Of a DNA stretch of 64,000 bases, positions 10,175 to 19,793 are shown in pieces. Under the pieces are notes generated by a model. The model was not told where the DNA came from. It was given only the letters and a program-made list of their open reading frames with translations, and searched no databases. The DNA comes from Bdellovibrionales bacterium (lineage in GTDB: Bacteria; Bdellovibrionota; Bdellovibrionia; Bdellovibrionales; UBA1609): the NCBI GenBank assembly GCA_965203095.1, contig OZ241877.1:1568001-1632000 (forward strand), given 5' to 3'. The stretch's first letter is position 1; each line of letters starts with the position of its first letter. The translations under genes were made by a program, and so were the position numbers.

Positions 10175-11788
10175 TTGGAGTCCATGTCTAGAAGTTCAGT
10201 TCCTGTTTTTTTGAAATTTGTTTTGGCATTGGGTTTATTTTTACCTGGTTTAAGTGACTCTGAGAAACCTTCTACCAGTCCAGAAAGTCATATTCAAAGA
10301 AGGCTGGGGGAGAGAAAAGAAAAGCAAGAGGAAAAACAAAGGATAAACCAACATTGGCCGGACTACTCCGCCTGTCAAGATATGGATGAGCAACCGATCC
10401 CTTTAGAAGAGAGACTTATTTTTAAAACAGAGGCGGGTTTTTGTGAGGATTGCCAGATTAGGGGCCAATCCACATCTAATCCACAAGCCCCTTTTGAGGA
10501 GGTAGTGGCACAAAGCCAAAAAAATTTGCGGGCTGATTTTGAGAAAAAATTAAAAAACCGGGCTGTAGGCTTAATTGAAAGCAAGATCTTTCAAATTCAG
10601 GCTCTTCGTGCCTGCCTTACAGAAGATAAAAACTGGTTGTCTCAAAAAATGAGTGGTCTTTCGTCCCATAGTTTTTCCCGACCACTTTGGTCCAAGATAA
10701 AAAACAGGGATTCCTCTTTTTTAGAGTCTGCCTGCAAAAAAAGAAAAGAAAAACTTTTAAAGAAAATCCAAAACAGCTGGTCAGATATGCGTGTTAGTTT
10801 GGCCCTTTCAAATCCCTCTACACAAGTTCCAATGAATTATGCACTGAATAGGATGTCGCAGGATTCATTTTCTGTGGAAAAAAGTGCCAGCGACACATTT
10901 TTTGAACATTTTATAAATGAAGAGATTTATTTAGATGAAAGCCCTGCTCATCCTATATCTGGTTTCAGTTCTATGCCTCAGTTAAACAAGGAGGAAAAGA
11001 ACCGGGCACGCAATCTTTACTTTAAAGCTTTAACTGAGCCTTCTTTAGAAAGCCATAGCCCCTCTGAGTTTAAAAGCCGGATCCTCAACAGCTTTAAAAG
11101 CCCCTCAAGTGCTAAAGCCTCTGTCAAAAAACAGTTGAGTAAAGGAGATATGGCTCTCTTATTGGAGGCCGTTGGAAAGCTAAAGGAGGATAGTGAGCAG
11201 AGATATTTTCAAATTACCAGTGAAATGCCGGTTTTAACCTATCTTGAAAACGACCATCCCACAGCAGAGGATCTGGATCAGGCTTATGGAAAAATGCAAG
11301 AGAATTTGGAGGATTTTTTAAAAGAGCTGGATGATATGCCTCTTTTGCTTTCCTTTAGACCTTTGGTGGAGGAGTTGTTGAAAGAAAATCCACAATACTG
11401 CTTAGTGGCAGAGCGTGCTCGTATTCAGATGGAAAAAAATGAGAACCTGAAAGATAACCTGCTTTTAGGATCCATGTTTATCGCTATGGCACCTTGTTTT
11501 ATGGCTGGGCCGATCTCTATTGCTGTTTGCCTGACGGCAGAGTTGGGACTTGGCTTTTTAGATGTGCATTATGCCTCAGTGGCAAAAGATCACTCCTTAG
11601 GCCGAGCTTTAGCGGGAAAGCAGTTTGAAAAAATCTCTGAACTGAAGAGCCGGGACAAAGAGTTGGAGTTAAGCCAGATATTTCTTCCTTTGATATTTTT
11701 AGAGGTGGGAGTTGTTTCAAGAGCCGTCAAACAGTCACGAAAAAAGCTTAGAGGTTCTACTTCTAAAAAAAGGCCGAAAGGTCATTAA
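10175..11788 (+). CDS. Hypothetical secreted/membrane protein
   Basis: 537-aa ORF, signal-like N-terminus, CxxC, hydrophobic segments near C-terminus. Confidence 0.6.
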   Translation: MESMSRSSVPVFLKFVLALGLFLPGLSDSEKPSTSPESHIQRRLGERKEKQEEKQRINQHWPDYSACQDMDEQPIPLEERLIFKTEAGFCEDCQIRGQSTSNPQAPFEEVVAQSQKNLRADFEKKLKNRAVGLIESKIFQIQALRACLTEDKNWLSQKMSGLSSHSFSRPLWSKIKNRDSSFLESACKKRKEKLLKKIQNSWSDMRVSLALSNPSTQVPMNYALNRMSQDSFSVEKSASDTFFEHFINEEIYLDESPAHPISGFSSMPQLNKEEKNRARNLYFKALTEPSLESHSPSEFKSRILNSFKSPSSAKASVKKQLSKGDMALLLEAVGKLKEDSEQRYFQITSEMPVLTYLENDHPTAEDLDQAYGKMQENLEDFLKELDDMPLLLSFRPLVEELLKENPQYCLVAERARIQMEKNENLKDNLLLGSMFIAMAPCFMAGPISIAVCLTAELGLGFLDVHYASVAKDHSLGRALAGKQFEKISELKSRDKELELSQIFLPLIFLEVGVVSRAVKQSRKKLRGSTSKKRPKGH

Positions 11789-11791
11789 TTC

Positions 11792-11838
11792 GTGGCCCGT
11801 GAAAAAGCCTTGTCCAAATCCGGAGTATCTTTGGGCAA
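11792..11838. mobile_element. Truncated MITE copy (left terminal repeat + core-deleted hairpin)
   Basis: GTGGCCCGTGAAAAA then TTGTCCAAA...TTTGGGCAA. Confidence 0.6.
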
Positions 11839-11932
11839 TGTTCGCTCTCATTCAGGACGGAATATCTCAAATCCAAATAAATTTATGGACTTTTTATTCC
11901 CCTTGGCTATAATAAAGCTTTAGGAGGACAAA

Positions 11933-12607
11933 ATGAGTTTATCTGATAGACAAAAAATAGACGAGATTTGGAGCATACTGAAAGAGACAGCTCGGAGTCA
12001 AAAAGAGTTTAATCAGCAGATGAAGGAGCGTCAGAGGGAGACGGATCGGCGGATGAAACTACAAAAAGAAGAGGCGGATCGGCAAGAAAAGAAGCGTCAA
12101 AAAGAGTTTAATCAGCAAGTGAAGGAAAGGCGAGAAGAGTTTGATCGGCATAAAAAAGAAACGGATCGTCGGATAAGAAAGTTAGATAATCTTTTCACTT
12201 CTCAATGGGGTCGCCTTATGGAAAGCCTTGTGGAAGGGGATTTGATTAAAATTTTAGGGGAAAGAGGCATTAAGGTAGAAAACACTTATACCAACCTTAA
12301 AAAAGAGTATGGGGAAGATCAATACGAATATGACATTATCGCGGCCAATGGGGAGGAAGTAGTGGTGGTTGAGGTTAAAACCACTTTGAGGGTCAAATAT
12401 GTCAAGGCTTTTTTAGAGGATGTGCAAAAATTCACTACTCGGCGAAAGGTTTATAAGGGTTTGACGATTTATGGTGCCGTGGCTTTTTTGAGGTCAGAGG
12501 AGGCGGCCAGCCGGTATGCTCAATCTCAAGGTCTATTTGTGATACGGGCGACGGGGTCCAGTGCCAGCATAATCAACAAAGCCACTTTTAAACCCAAGCT
12601 TTTTTAA
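11933..12607 (+). CDS. Coiled-coil + PD-(D/E)xK nuclease-fold protein (DUF3782-like)
   Basis: Q/E/K/R-rich heptads then WGRLMESLV...EYDIIAANGEEVVVVEVKTTL; TATAAT at 11908 and AGGAGG RBS. Confidence 0.75.
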   Translation: MSLSDRQKIDEIWSILKETARSQKEFNQQMKERQRETDRRMKLQKEEADRQEKKRQKEFNQQVKERREEFDRHKKETDRRIRKLDNLFTSQWGRLMESLVEGDLIKILGERGIKVENTYTNLKKEYGEDQYEYDIIAANGEEVVVVEVKTTLRVKYVKAFLEDVQKFTTRRKVYKGLTIYGAVAFLRSEEAASRYAQSQGLFVIRATGSSASIINKATFKPKLF

Positions 12608-12614
12608 TTCAAAA

Positions 12615-12638
12615 GGGGACTTTTTTATCTTCGTCCCC
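12615..12638 (+). terminator. Possible terminator hairpin
   Basis: GGGGAC...GTCCCC stem just after stop codon; weak U-tail. Confidence 0.35.
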
Positions 12639-12724
12639 ACAAAAACTTTGGTTTAAAATTAAGCCTTGACAGTTTGGTTCTATGTGGGTAGCTTGTGTCT
12701 GTTTTTTTTAAAAGGAGAGTTTTT

Positions 12725-13450
12725 GTGTTTGCTATTGTTCGTGTAGGCAGTCAGCAGTTTAAAGTCCAAGCTGGAGACTATATCCGCACTCCTTTTCAAA
12801 ATCATTTGGAAAAAGAGGAGATAGATCTACCTGTTGTGGCTTTCCGTTCTGAAAAGGCTTTTTTATTTGATTCTGCCGGTTTAAAAGGTGCTCAGGCAAG
12901 GGCTATGGTGGTTCGTCAGTTTTTGGGCAAAAAGGTCCTTGTTTTTAAGAAAAAAAGACGCAAGGGCTATCGCCGGACAAGAGGGCACAGGCAAAAAATC
13001 ACTGAGTTAAAAATTATAAAATTGTGCTCTCCAGAGGGGCAGATCTCTCAAGTTGAGAGCACTTCTAAAACCTCTGTTAAGAAGGCGAAAGCTGAGGGAG
13101 CTTCTAAAAAAGCATCTGTTAAGAAGGTGCAGGCTGAGGGAGCTTCTAAGAAAGCATCTGTTAAGAAGGTGCAGGCTGAGGGAGCTTCTAAAAAAGCATC
13201 TGTTAAGAAGGTGCAGGCTGAGGGAGCTTCTAAGAAAGCATCTGTTAAGAAGGTGCAGGCTGAGGGAGCTTCTAAGAAAGCATCTGTTAAGAAGGTGCAG
13301 GCTGAGGGAGCTTCTAAAAAAGCTCCTGTTAAGAAGGTGCAGGCTGAGGGAGCTTCTAAAAAAGCTCCTGTTAAGAAGGCGAAAGCTCAAAAAAAGTCAG
13401 CAGGTAAAACGGCAAAAACTTCGTCTAACAAAACCAATAAAAAGCTTTAA
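12725..13450 (+). CDS. rplU: 50S ribosomal protein L21 with long Lys/Ala-rich C-terminal repeat extension (GTG start after AAGGAG)
   Basis: FAIVRVGSQQFKVQAGD, VFKKKRRKGYRRTRGHRQ; directly upstream of rpmA. Confidence 0.93.
   Translation: MFAIVRVGSQQFKVQAGDYIRTPFQNHLEKEEIDLPVVAFRSEKAFLFDSAGLKGAQARAMVVRQFLGKKVLVFKKKRRKGYRRTRGHRQKITELKIIKLCSPEGQISQVESTSKTSVKKAKAEGASKKASVKKVQAEGASKKASVKKVQAEGASKKASVKKVQAEGASKKASVKKVQAEGASKKASVKKVQAEGASKKAPVKKVQAEGASKKAPVKKAKAQKKSAGKTAKTSSNKTNKKL
13091..13384 (+). repeat. 7 x 42-bp coding tandem repeat (AEGASKKA[S/P]VKKVQ)
   Basis: Units start at 13091, 13133, 13175, 13217, 13259, 13301, 13343. Confidence 0.95.
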
Positions 13451-13491
13451 AAGGCGAAAAAACTATATCATTGAACAGGAGGAGATAAGCT

Positions 13492-13755
13492 ATGGCGTCA
13501 AAAAAAGCTTCAGGAAGTAGTAGGAATGGAAGAGATAGTCAAAGCCAGAGGTTGGGCCTTAAGCTTTTTGGAGGGCAAAAGGCAAGGCCTGGTGCCATTA
13601 TTGTTCGTCAAAGGGGTTCTGTATTTCTTCCGGGAAAAAATGTGAGTGCAGGTCGCGACTTCAGTCTGTTTGCCCGTATTGAAGGGCATGTGAAGTTTGA
13701 AAGACTGAACCGGAAAAAAATTAAAGTCAGTGTTTATGCCCGTTCGCCATCCTGA
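13492..13755 (+). CDS. rpmA: 50S ribosomal protein L27
   Basis: [23 protein letters not shown]. Confidence 0.97.
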   Translation: MASKKASGSSRNGRDSQSQRLGLKLFGGQKARPGAIIVRQRGSVFLPGKNVSAGRDFSLFARIEGHVKFERLNRKKIKVSVYARSPS

Positions 13756-13774
13756 GTTGGTTTTTTAAAGTTCT

Positions 13775-14782
13775 ATGTTTCATTATAGGGATCGCTTGTC
13801 CTTAGAGCTTTCCAGCGGAGATGGCGGAGATGGACTTTTAAGTTTTTTTCGATCTACAAAATCACCCCGTGGAGGGCCGGACGGCGGAGATGGCGGAAAT
13901 GGCGGAGCTTTAATTTTTGCTGTTTCCTCAAAAGTCAGCAGTTTAGATCATTTAAGAAAAAAGACAAAATACAGTGCAGAGACCGGGAACCCCGGAGGAA
14001 AACAGCTAAAAAAAGGCCGAAAGGGAAAAGATCTGGTTTTAAATTTGCCCATAGGGACGCTCATTCGAAATGACAAAGGGCAGATTCTTAAAGATTTCAT
14101 AAAAGCTCAAAAAGAGATTTTTTTAAAAGGAGGTTCCGGGGGGCATGGCAATGCTTTTTTTAAAACCAGCTCTTGTCAAGCTCCTGGGATAACTCAAAAG
14201 GGACAAAAAGGCCAAAGCCAGAAAGTGATTTTAGAGTATAAACCTTTGATTTATATAGCCATTGTGGGAAAAACCAACGCGGGAAAAAGCTCTTTTTTTA
14301 ACCTTGCCACCAGCTCTCAATCCAAAGAGGCCCCTTACCCTTACACCACTCTTGTTCCGCATATTGGGCAAATAAAAAATGCTCGCGAAAAGCCCCTAAT
14401 CATCATGGACATCCCCGGAATAGAAAAGGGAGCGAGTCAAAGTGAGATAAAAGGTTTATCTTTTTTAAGAACTGTCCAAAGGGCTGAAATTTTATTGCAG
14501 TTTATCGATGGTTCATTCCAACCCTTAAAAGATAAAGAAGAGATGGAAATGGAGTTTAAGGCTTTTGATAAAAGTCAAACTGATAACTATTTCAAGCCTT
14601 TGAGCCGGAAAAAAATATTTTTTATTTTATCTAAAACCGATCAATTAAAAAGCTCTAAATTAAAAAAACTCATGAGGCTAATCTCTCTTGAAAAAGATCA
14701 AAAAATTTTTCCCTTGTCTAACAAAAGCAAATTAGGCTTAAAAGCTATTTTACAAGCAATAAGAAAAGAGGTAAAACCATGA
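13775..14782 (+). CDS. obgE: Obg/CgtA GTPase
   Basis: GGPDGGDGGNGG, GKTNAGKSS, YPYTTLVP, DIPG; synteny with rpmA. Confidence 0.93.
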   Translation: MFHYRDRLSLELSSGDGGDGLLSFFRSTKSPRGGPDGGDGGNGGALIFAVSSKVSSLDHLRKKTKYSAETGNPGGKQLKKGRKGKDLVLNLPIGTLIRNDKGQILKDFIKAQKEIFLKGGSGGHGNAFFKTSSCQAPGITQKGQKGQSQKVILEYKPLIYIAIVGKTNAGKSSFFNLATSSQSKEAPYPYTTLVPHIGQIKNAREKPLIIMDIPGIEKGASQSEIKGLSFLRTVQRAEILLQFIDGSFQPLKDKEEMEMEFKAFDKSQTDNYFKPLSRKKIFFILSKTDQLKSSKLKKLMRLISLEKDQKIFPLSNKSKLGLKAILQAIRKEVKP

Positions 14783-14843
14783 CAAGTATCCAAACCAACA
14801 TAAAACCAGTTTTAGGGAGGTTTTTTAAGATGATGGTGATGAT

Positions 14844-15515
14844 TTGAGAAAAAAGATTTTAAAAATAAGAACTGGTATTATGGGTGGAAGTTTTAGCCCC
14901 TTCCACATGGCCCATTTAAACAGTCTTCTCACTGTGAGAAAACAACTCAGCCTGCAAAACATTGTTTTGGTTCCTTCCTTCCGGACCCCTCTTAAAGATG
15001 AGAAAGAGGAAATTAGCCCTCTTCACCGTGAAAGTATGCTCAAGAGGCTTTTAAGGGAATATCCCTTTATGTCAGTCGATAACCAGGAAATTTTGAGAGC
15101 GGGCCTCAGCTACACCTATAAAACCATATCTCAACTTTTTAAAGAAAGACCTAAAGAAGAGCTATTTTTTATTATGGGTTTGGATCCATTTTATATTTTT
15201 GACCGGTGGAAAAATTTTAAAGAAATTTTACAAAAAACTCATTTGGTTGTCACCAGCCGTCCTGGGTTTTCCTTTCCTCAAAAAGCAAAAGATTTTCCTA
15301 ATGGCCTGATCCCTCTCATTAAAAAAAGATGGCAGAACCGATGGACTTTAAAAGAGACTACAAAAAAAATTTATTTTTGCCATTTAAAAGATATGGATAT
15401 ATCTTCGTCTGACATCAAACAACAACTGAAAGAGGGGAGAAGTATGAGCCACTTTTTGCCTCAAGCAGTGGATGAATACATTAAGGAAAATCAGATTTTG
15501 TCCGGTCCCTCGTGA
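14844..15515 (+). CDS. nadD: Nicotinate-nucleotide adenylyltransferase
   Basis: GGSFSPFHMAH (HxGH-like), SYTYKT, FIMGLD, DISSSDIK. Confidence 0.92.
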   Translation: MRKKILKIRTGIMGGSFSPFHMAHLNSLLTVRKQLSLQNIVLVPSFRTPLKDEKEEISPLHRESMLKRLLREYPFMSVDNQEILRAGLSYTYKTISQLFKERPKEELFFIMGLDPFYIFDRWKNFKEILQKTHLVVTSRPGFSFPQKAKDFPNGLIPLIKKRWQNRWTLKETTKKIYFCHLKDMDISSSDIKQQLKEGRSMSHFLPQAVDEYIKENQILSGPS

Positions 15516-15545
15516 AAAAGTCTACATTTAATAGATCACATAACA
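15505..15545. mobile_element. MITE terminal fragment overlapping the nadD stop and next ORF start
   Basis: GTCCCTCGTGAAAAAGTCTACATTTAATAGATCACATAA is the reverse complement of the right arm of copies at 19.9 and 29.85 kb. Confidence 0.75.
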
Positions 15546-16210
15546 ACTTGTTAGGGACAAAACAGCTTGAACTCTCACCGTCAGTAAAAGCAGTGGCTTT
15601 AAAAGCCAAAAAAGCCCTCAGTGCTTTAGGAAGAGAAAATGCTTATATCCATGTCATGCCTTTTTCAACTAAAACAGAAGGGGAGAGAAAAAGGCTGAGG
15701 CAAAGGCTTGTCCGAGAAATAAAAAATTCTTTGGATTTTAAAAACATTAAAAAGAAGTTTGACTGGGACCTGTTTGACTGGGGTCCGCTTTTAAAACCCG
15801 GCTCTAAAGCTCAAAGCCTTTTTGCCACCATATCCATATCCCATTGCGAAGGCTTTGGGGCCTTTGTGTTTGTTTTTGAAAAAAATCTCTCTATAGGTTG
15901 GGATCTGGAAAAAAAGAATCGAATTACAGAAAAAATAGTGGGACGTATTTCTTCAGAAAAGGAACTTAAATCTTCTCCTTCCCCCCCTCTACTTTGGACA
16001 GCAAAAGAGGCGGTTTTTAAATGTTTTTCAAATAGTCAGAGCTTTCTCCTTTTAAGCGATGGATTGATCTCTCATTGGATAAAGGATAAGGAGTTTTATT
16101 TTTTTAAAGGTCGTTCTAAAAAAACAGACAAAGAGGCTCTCGGAGTCGCCTGCTTTATTAATAACTTGGTTTTAGCCTATGCGGAAAGTTCTCCTTTGTT
16201 TAAATCTTAA
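15512..16210 (+). CDS. 4'-phosphopantetheinyl transferase-like (true start possibly ATG ~15656)
   Basis: SISHC, IGWDLEKK, WTAKEAVFK motifs. Confidence 0.8.
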   Translation: MKKSTFNRSHNNLLGTKQLELSPSVKAVALKAKKALSALGRENAYIHVMPFSTKTEGERKRLRQRLVREIKNSLDFKNIKKKFDWDLFDWGPLLKPGSKAQSLFATISISHCEGFGAFVFVFEKNLSIGWDLEKKNRITEKIVGRISSEKELKSSPSPPLLWTAKEAVFKCFSNSQSFLLLSDGLISHWIKDKEFYFFKGRSKKTDKEALGVACFINNLVLAYAESSPLFKS

Positions 16211-16297
16211 GACTATCGCCTAAATTCTCAAATGGATTATGGGCTAAAAGCCCCTTCACAGTTATGACTTTGAGTGCTCTGATTGAGAAAAGTTTTT

Positions 16298-17872
16298 TTA
16301 TTTAGAAAGGGAGAGCTTATGAAATCGCTCTGAGCCGAAAGGTTTTATTTGATAACCTTTGAGCTTTGTGGACATGGCCGCGTATCTGTGAGCTTGAGCT
16401 AAGGGGATAAAAGGGAGTTCTTGAATAAAAAGAACCTGAGCCTTTTTATAAAGTGCTACTGCCTTTTTCCTATTGGATTGGGCTATAGCTTTTTGAACTA
16501 AAAGATCATATTTTTTATTGCACCATCGGGCTAAGTTAGCCCCACTAACAATAGAATCGCAACTCAAAAGGATCTGCAAAAAATTGCTGGGGTCGGGAAT
16601 ATCTGCCGACCAGCCCATCTGAATCATGTCATGCTCTCCTTTAGAGCTTTTAGCAATGTAAGTGGCCCAGTCGTAAGTCATTAGCTCTGCTGTAATTCCC
16701 ACTTTTTTTAAATCGGCTTGCATAAGCTCACCCATTTTTTTCCCGTTGGGATTGTAAGGCCGTGATATAGGAAGGGTCCAAAGTTTAATGGATAAGCCCT
16801 TCTCAAAACCAGCTTCTTTTAAAAGGCTTTTGGCTTTTTCCGGATTGTATTCCGGAAGTTTGATTTCATGGTTATGCCCCCATAAAGTGGAGGGCACAGG
16901 GCTTTCTAAAGTGTTTGCCATACCTTTGTAAATGGCTGTGATATAAAAAGGACGATGGAGTGCATGGGCTATGGCTTGCCGGACTTTTTTATTATTAAAA
17001 GGGGCTTTAGAGTTATTCATGGCCAAATAGGCTAAATTGTAAGACTTCCCCTCAAGGACACGAATGTTTTTATGCTTTTTCATAAGAGGAATATCTGTTG
17101 GTTGTGGTTTAGCTGAAAAATGGCATTCTTCCCTTTTTAATTTTTGAAAGCGAACACTGGGGTCAGGTGTAATAGAGAAAACAATCTTCTTTAACTGGGC
17201 CGGACCTAAATAATAGTTATCATTTCTTTTATAGCGGATGAGATTCCCCTTAATGTATTTTTCCAAAATAAAAGGGCCTGTTCCCACCGGTTCAAAATCT
17301 ATTTTTCCCGCCTGATTTTTTTTTAAGAGAAAATCGCCATACTCCTTAGAAAGGATAACGGCAAACTCCATAGCCATTAGATAGGGGAATGTATTGAGAG
17401 GTTTTTTTAAAGTAAACCGCACTGTGTGATCATTTATTTTTGTTATTTTAGAAATTTGATTTTGTAAATCTAAAGAATAAAAAAATTTGTAACTGGCACT
17501 ATTCACATTGTGGAATGGATGAGATTTGTTTTTTTGCCTTTGAAAGGAGAATAATACATCCTCTGCGTTCAAAGGGCGGGAAGGCTTAAAGCCTTTTGTT
17601 GGGTAAAAAAGCACATCTTTTCTTAAATGGAAAGTCCAGGTTTTTTTATCCTTAGAGAGGGTCCATTTTTCAGCCAGGCCAGGGAGGAGTTTATCACCCT
17701 TCGGGCTAAACTCTATCAGACGGCTATAAAGTAAATTACTGGCGTCAAAAGCGGCACCACTGATGGATAACTGTGGGTTGAAGTAATCCGGCGAGGCTTC
17801 AGAGCAATAGATCAAGGTGCTTGCTAAAGAGGGCAAATTCCAAAAAAATAAAATAAAGAGGATTATTTTCAC
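16298..17872 (-). CDS. dppA: Dipeptide ABC transporter substrate-binding protein
   Basis: Signal peptide, LIYCSEASPDYFNPQ, PVGTGPF, RPYNPNGKKM. Confidence 0.93.
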   Translation of the reverse strand: MKIILFILFFWNLPSLASTLIYCSEASPDYFNPQLSISGAAFDASNLLYSRLIEFSPKGDKLLPGLAEKWTLSKDKKTWTFHLRKDVLFYPTKGFKPSRPLNAEDVLFSFQRQKNKSHPFHNVNSASYKFFYSLDLQNQISKITKINDHTVRFTLKKPLNTFPYLMAMEFAVILSKEYGDFLLKKNQAGKIDFEPVGTGPFILEKYIKGNLIRYKRNDNYYLGPAQLKKIVFSITPDPSVRFQKLKREECHFSAKPQPTDIPLMKKHKNIRVLEGKSYNLAYLAMNNSKAPFNNKKVRQAIAHALHRPFYITAIYKGMANTLESPVPSTLWGHNHEIKLPEYNPEKAKSLLKEAGFEKGLSIKLWTLPISRPYNPNGKKMGELMQADLKKVGITAELMTYDWATYIAKSSKGEHDMIQMGWSADIPDPSNFLQILLSCDSIVSGANLARWCNKKYDLLVQKAIAQSNRKKAVALYKKAQVLFIQELPFIPLAQAHRYAAMSTKLKGYQIKPFGSERFHKLSLSK

Positions 17873-17961
17873 GATAAAACTTTTATCTCAATTTATTTGC
17901 TATTTCAAGCTATCTTATAAAAAAACTGATGATTTTTCATAAACTCCAATAAGCTCTGTTT

Positions 17962-18663
17962 TTATAGGCTTTCTTTAAGATGAGCCGACCAATCCACTGG
18001 CTCTATTCCCTTAGATTTTAAAAACTGATTAGATTTTGAAAAATGCCGGCAAGAAAAAAAACCCCTGTCAGCTGAAAAAGGAGAAGGATGAGAGGCTTTT
18101 AAAACACAGTGTTTTGAAACATCTACAATAGCTCCTTTTTCTCCAGCAAATCGACCCCAAAGGAGGAAAACCAAATTTTCTCTCTCAGAGTTCAAGAGCT
18201 GGATGATTTTGTCAGTAAAAAGCTCCCAACCTTTGCCCTTGTGGGAACCAGCCCTTCCTGCCTCTACCGTGAGGGAGTTGTTTAAAAGCAAAACCCCTTG
18301 CCGGCACCAACTGGCCAAAAAACCATGTTCAGCTATGGGAATGCCTAAATCCTGTTTAAGCTCTTTATAAATATTTTCAAGAGAAGGGGGAATGGGGCGA
18401 CCTTTTTGAACAGAAAAACAAAGCCCGTGAGCTTGCCCCGGGCCATGATAAGGATCTTGCCCTAAGATCACCACTTTGACTTTTTCAAAAGGAGTCAGTT
18501 GTAAGGCTAAAAAATACTCACTGCCTTTAGGGTATATTGTTTTCCCATGCTTTTTTTCCTCAAGTAAAAAAGTTTTGAGATTTTTCATGTAGTCTTTTTG
18601 AAATTCCGGCAAAAGCCGATCTCTCCATGAAGGGTCTAACTGAATTTGTGTTTGAGTTTCCAT
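17962..18663 (-). CDS. ung: Uracil-DNA glycosylase family 1
   Basis: GQDPYH, HGLCFSV, PPSL, HPSPFS. Confidence 0.97.
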   Translation of the reverse strand: METQTQIQLDPSWRDRLLPEFQKDYMKNLKTFLLEEKKHGKTIYPKGSEYFLALQLTPFEKVKVVILGQDPYHGPGQAHGLCFSVQKGRPIPPSLENIYKELKQDLGIPIAEHGFLASWCRQGVLLLNNSLTVEAGRAGSHKGKGWELFTDKIIQLLNSERENLVFLLWGRFAGEKGAIVDVSKHCVLKASHPSPFSADRGFFSCRHFSKSNQFLKSKGIEPVDWSAHLKESL

Positions 18664-18675
18664 AATGATTTTAAT

Positions 18676-18744
18676 TACTGGTTTTGTTTGAATTTTCCGG
18701 TCAAAACAGAGTCCAGAAGGCAGGAATTTTCAAAAAAATCAGTA
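18676..18744. repeat. Second short dispersed inverted-repeat element (family 2)
   Basis: TACTGGTTTTGTTTGAA...TTCAAAAAAATCAGTA; related to 34763-34822 and 49953-50033. Confidence 0.6.
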
Positions 18745-18859
18745 TAAGTAGATTATTATAAGTAAAAGCTTTTGGAGCAAGTTTTTTTTTGGATTTTTTC
18801 TTATGTTATTTGTGAAAGGGCCGTTTTTTAAAGCTGTGAGCTTTTAAGTGACTAATTTA

Positions 18860-19012
18860 GTTGTCCGTGAAAAACCTTTGTTTTTTAACTTTTTTTGTCC
18901 AAAGGACCATTCCATTTCGGGACGGCAATACCTTGGACCCTCATGGAATGGCCTTTGGACAAAAGCAGGAAAAAGAGGACGAGGCTTTTTGTCCAGCTTT
19001 TTCACGGACGAC
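18860..19012. mobile_element. Full-length 153-bp MITE-like element
   Basis: Terminal repeats GTTGTCCGTGAAAAA / TTTTTCACGGACGAC, internal hairpin 18893-18964; near-exact reverse complement of 51511-51663. Confidence 0.9.
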
Positions 19013-19039
19013 TATTTAGATACCCATGAACCTAATATT

Positions 19040-19645
19040 TCAGCCTATCAGTCTCTTTTTTAAAGAGACAAAAGGGCTATTTTTAACATAAAACCTTAAA
19101 AACCAAAAAGAGGAATCTTTATGTTGAGGGAGGCCCACCCGGCAATCTGTTTCTACATTTCTCTCTTTTTCACCTTTAGAAATATAAAGTTCTCCTTTTT
19201 GAAACAGGATTTTTGCGTTTAAAGATTTTGTGATATTGAAGGCTTGGCAAAGCTTTCCCGGTCCGGAACAGAGCTTTTCGATCTTTTCTTGTTGACGGTT
19301 GTTTTGCATTTTTAAAAGCCCCTTTAGAGGTTGAACCGCACGAATCAAAACGGCTTCTGGTTCTTCTGCCTTAGCGGTGACCACATTAAAGCAGTGATAC
19401 ATTCCATAAGTGAAATAAATGTAGCTGTAGCCACCGGGAAGATACATGGTTTTGGTTCGCTTTGTTCGTAAGCCTTTAAAGCTGTGGCAGGAGGGATCTT
19501 TTATTCCCAGGTAAGCCTCTGTCTCTACAATTCGTCCAACAAGTTTTTGCCCTCCATGCAGATTTCTCAGCAGGAAACAGCCCAAAAGATCTTCCGCCAC
19601 CCGGACAGTGTCCCTCATAAAAAAACTTTGTTTTAAGGGGTGCAT
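19040..19645 (-). CDS. mpg: 3-methyladenine DNA glycosylase (MPG/AAG family)
   Basis: GRIVETEAY, YIYFTYGMYHCFNVV, AVLIRA, GPGKLCQA. Confidence 0.93.
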   Translation of the reverse strand: MHPLKQSFFMRDTVRVAEDLLGCFLLRNLHGGQKLVGRIVETEAYLGIKDPSCHSFKGLRTKRTKTMYLPGGYSYIYFTYGMYHCFNVVTAKAEEPEAVLIRAVQPLKGLLKMQNNRQQEKIEKLCSGPGKLCQAFNITKSLNAKILFQKGELYISKGEKERNVETDCRVGLPQHKDSSFWFLRFYVKNSPFVSLKKRLIG

Positions 19646-19793
19646 ATTTTTAATAAAATTTTGCCTTTTTCTCTTTTAAAAAACAAGTCAAAAGGAAAGA
19701 GAACATTGGTATTTTTCCAATAAAAGCTTGACATATTCTAAATAAAAAGGACTCATAATAAAAAATTGTGAGTTTTCAGATAGTTTTGTATTA

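Noticed and set aside
13007..13520. Alternative-frame ORFs over the rplU repeat (also 43217-43621)
   Set aside because: Stop-free by-products of coding tandem repeats.
18893..18964. Integron attC sites
   Set aside because: No consistent RYYYAAC/GTTRRRY ends, loop is conserved rather than variable, orientation is mixed among housekeeping genes, and no integrase.
18848..19063. Small ORFs over MITE copies (also 2169-2363, 49636-49887, 49719-49958, 51518-51886)
   Set aside because: They coincide with the repeat, use different frames and strands in different copies, and lack RBS.
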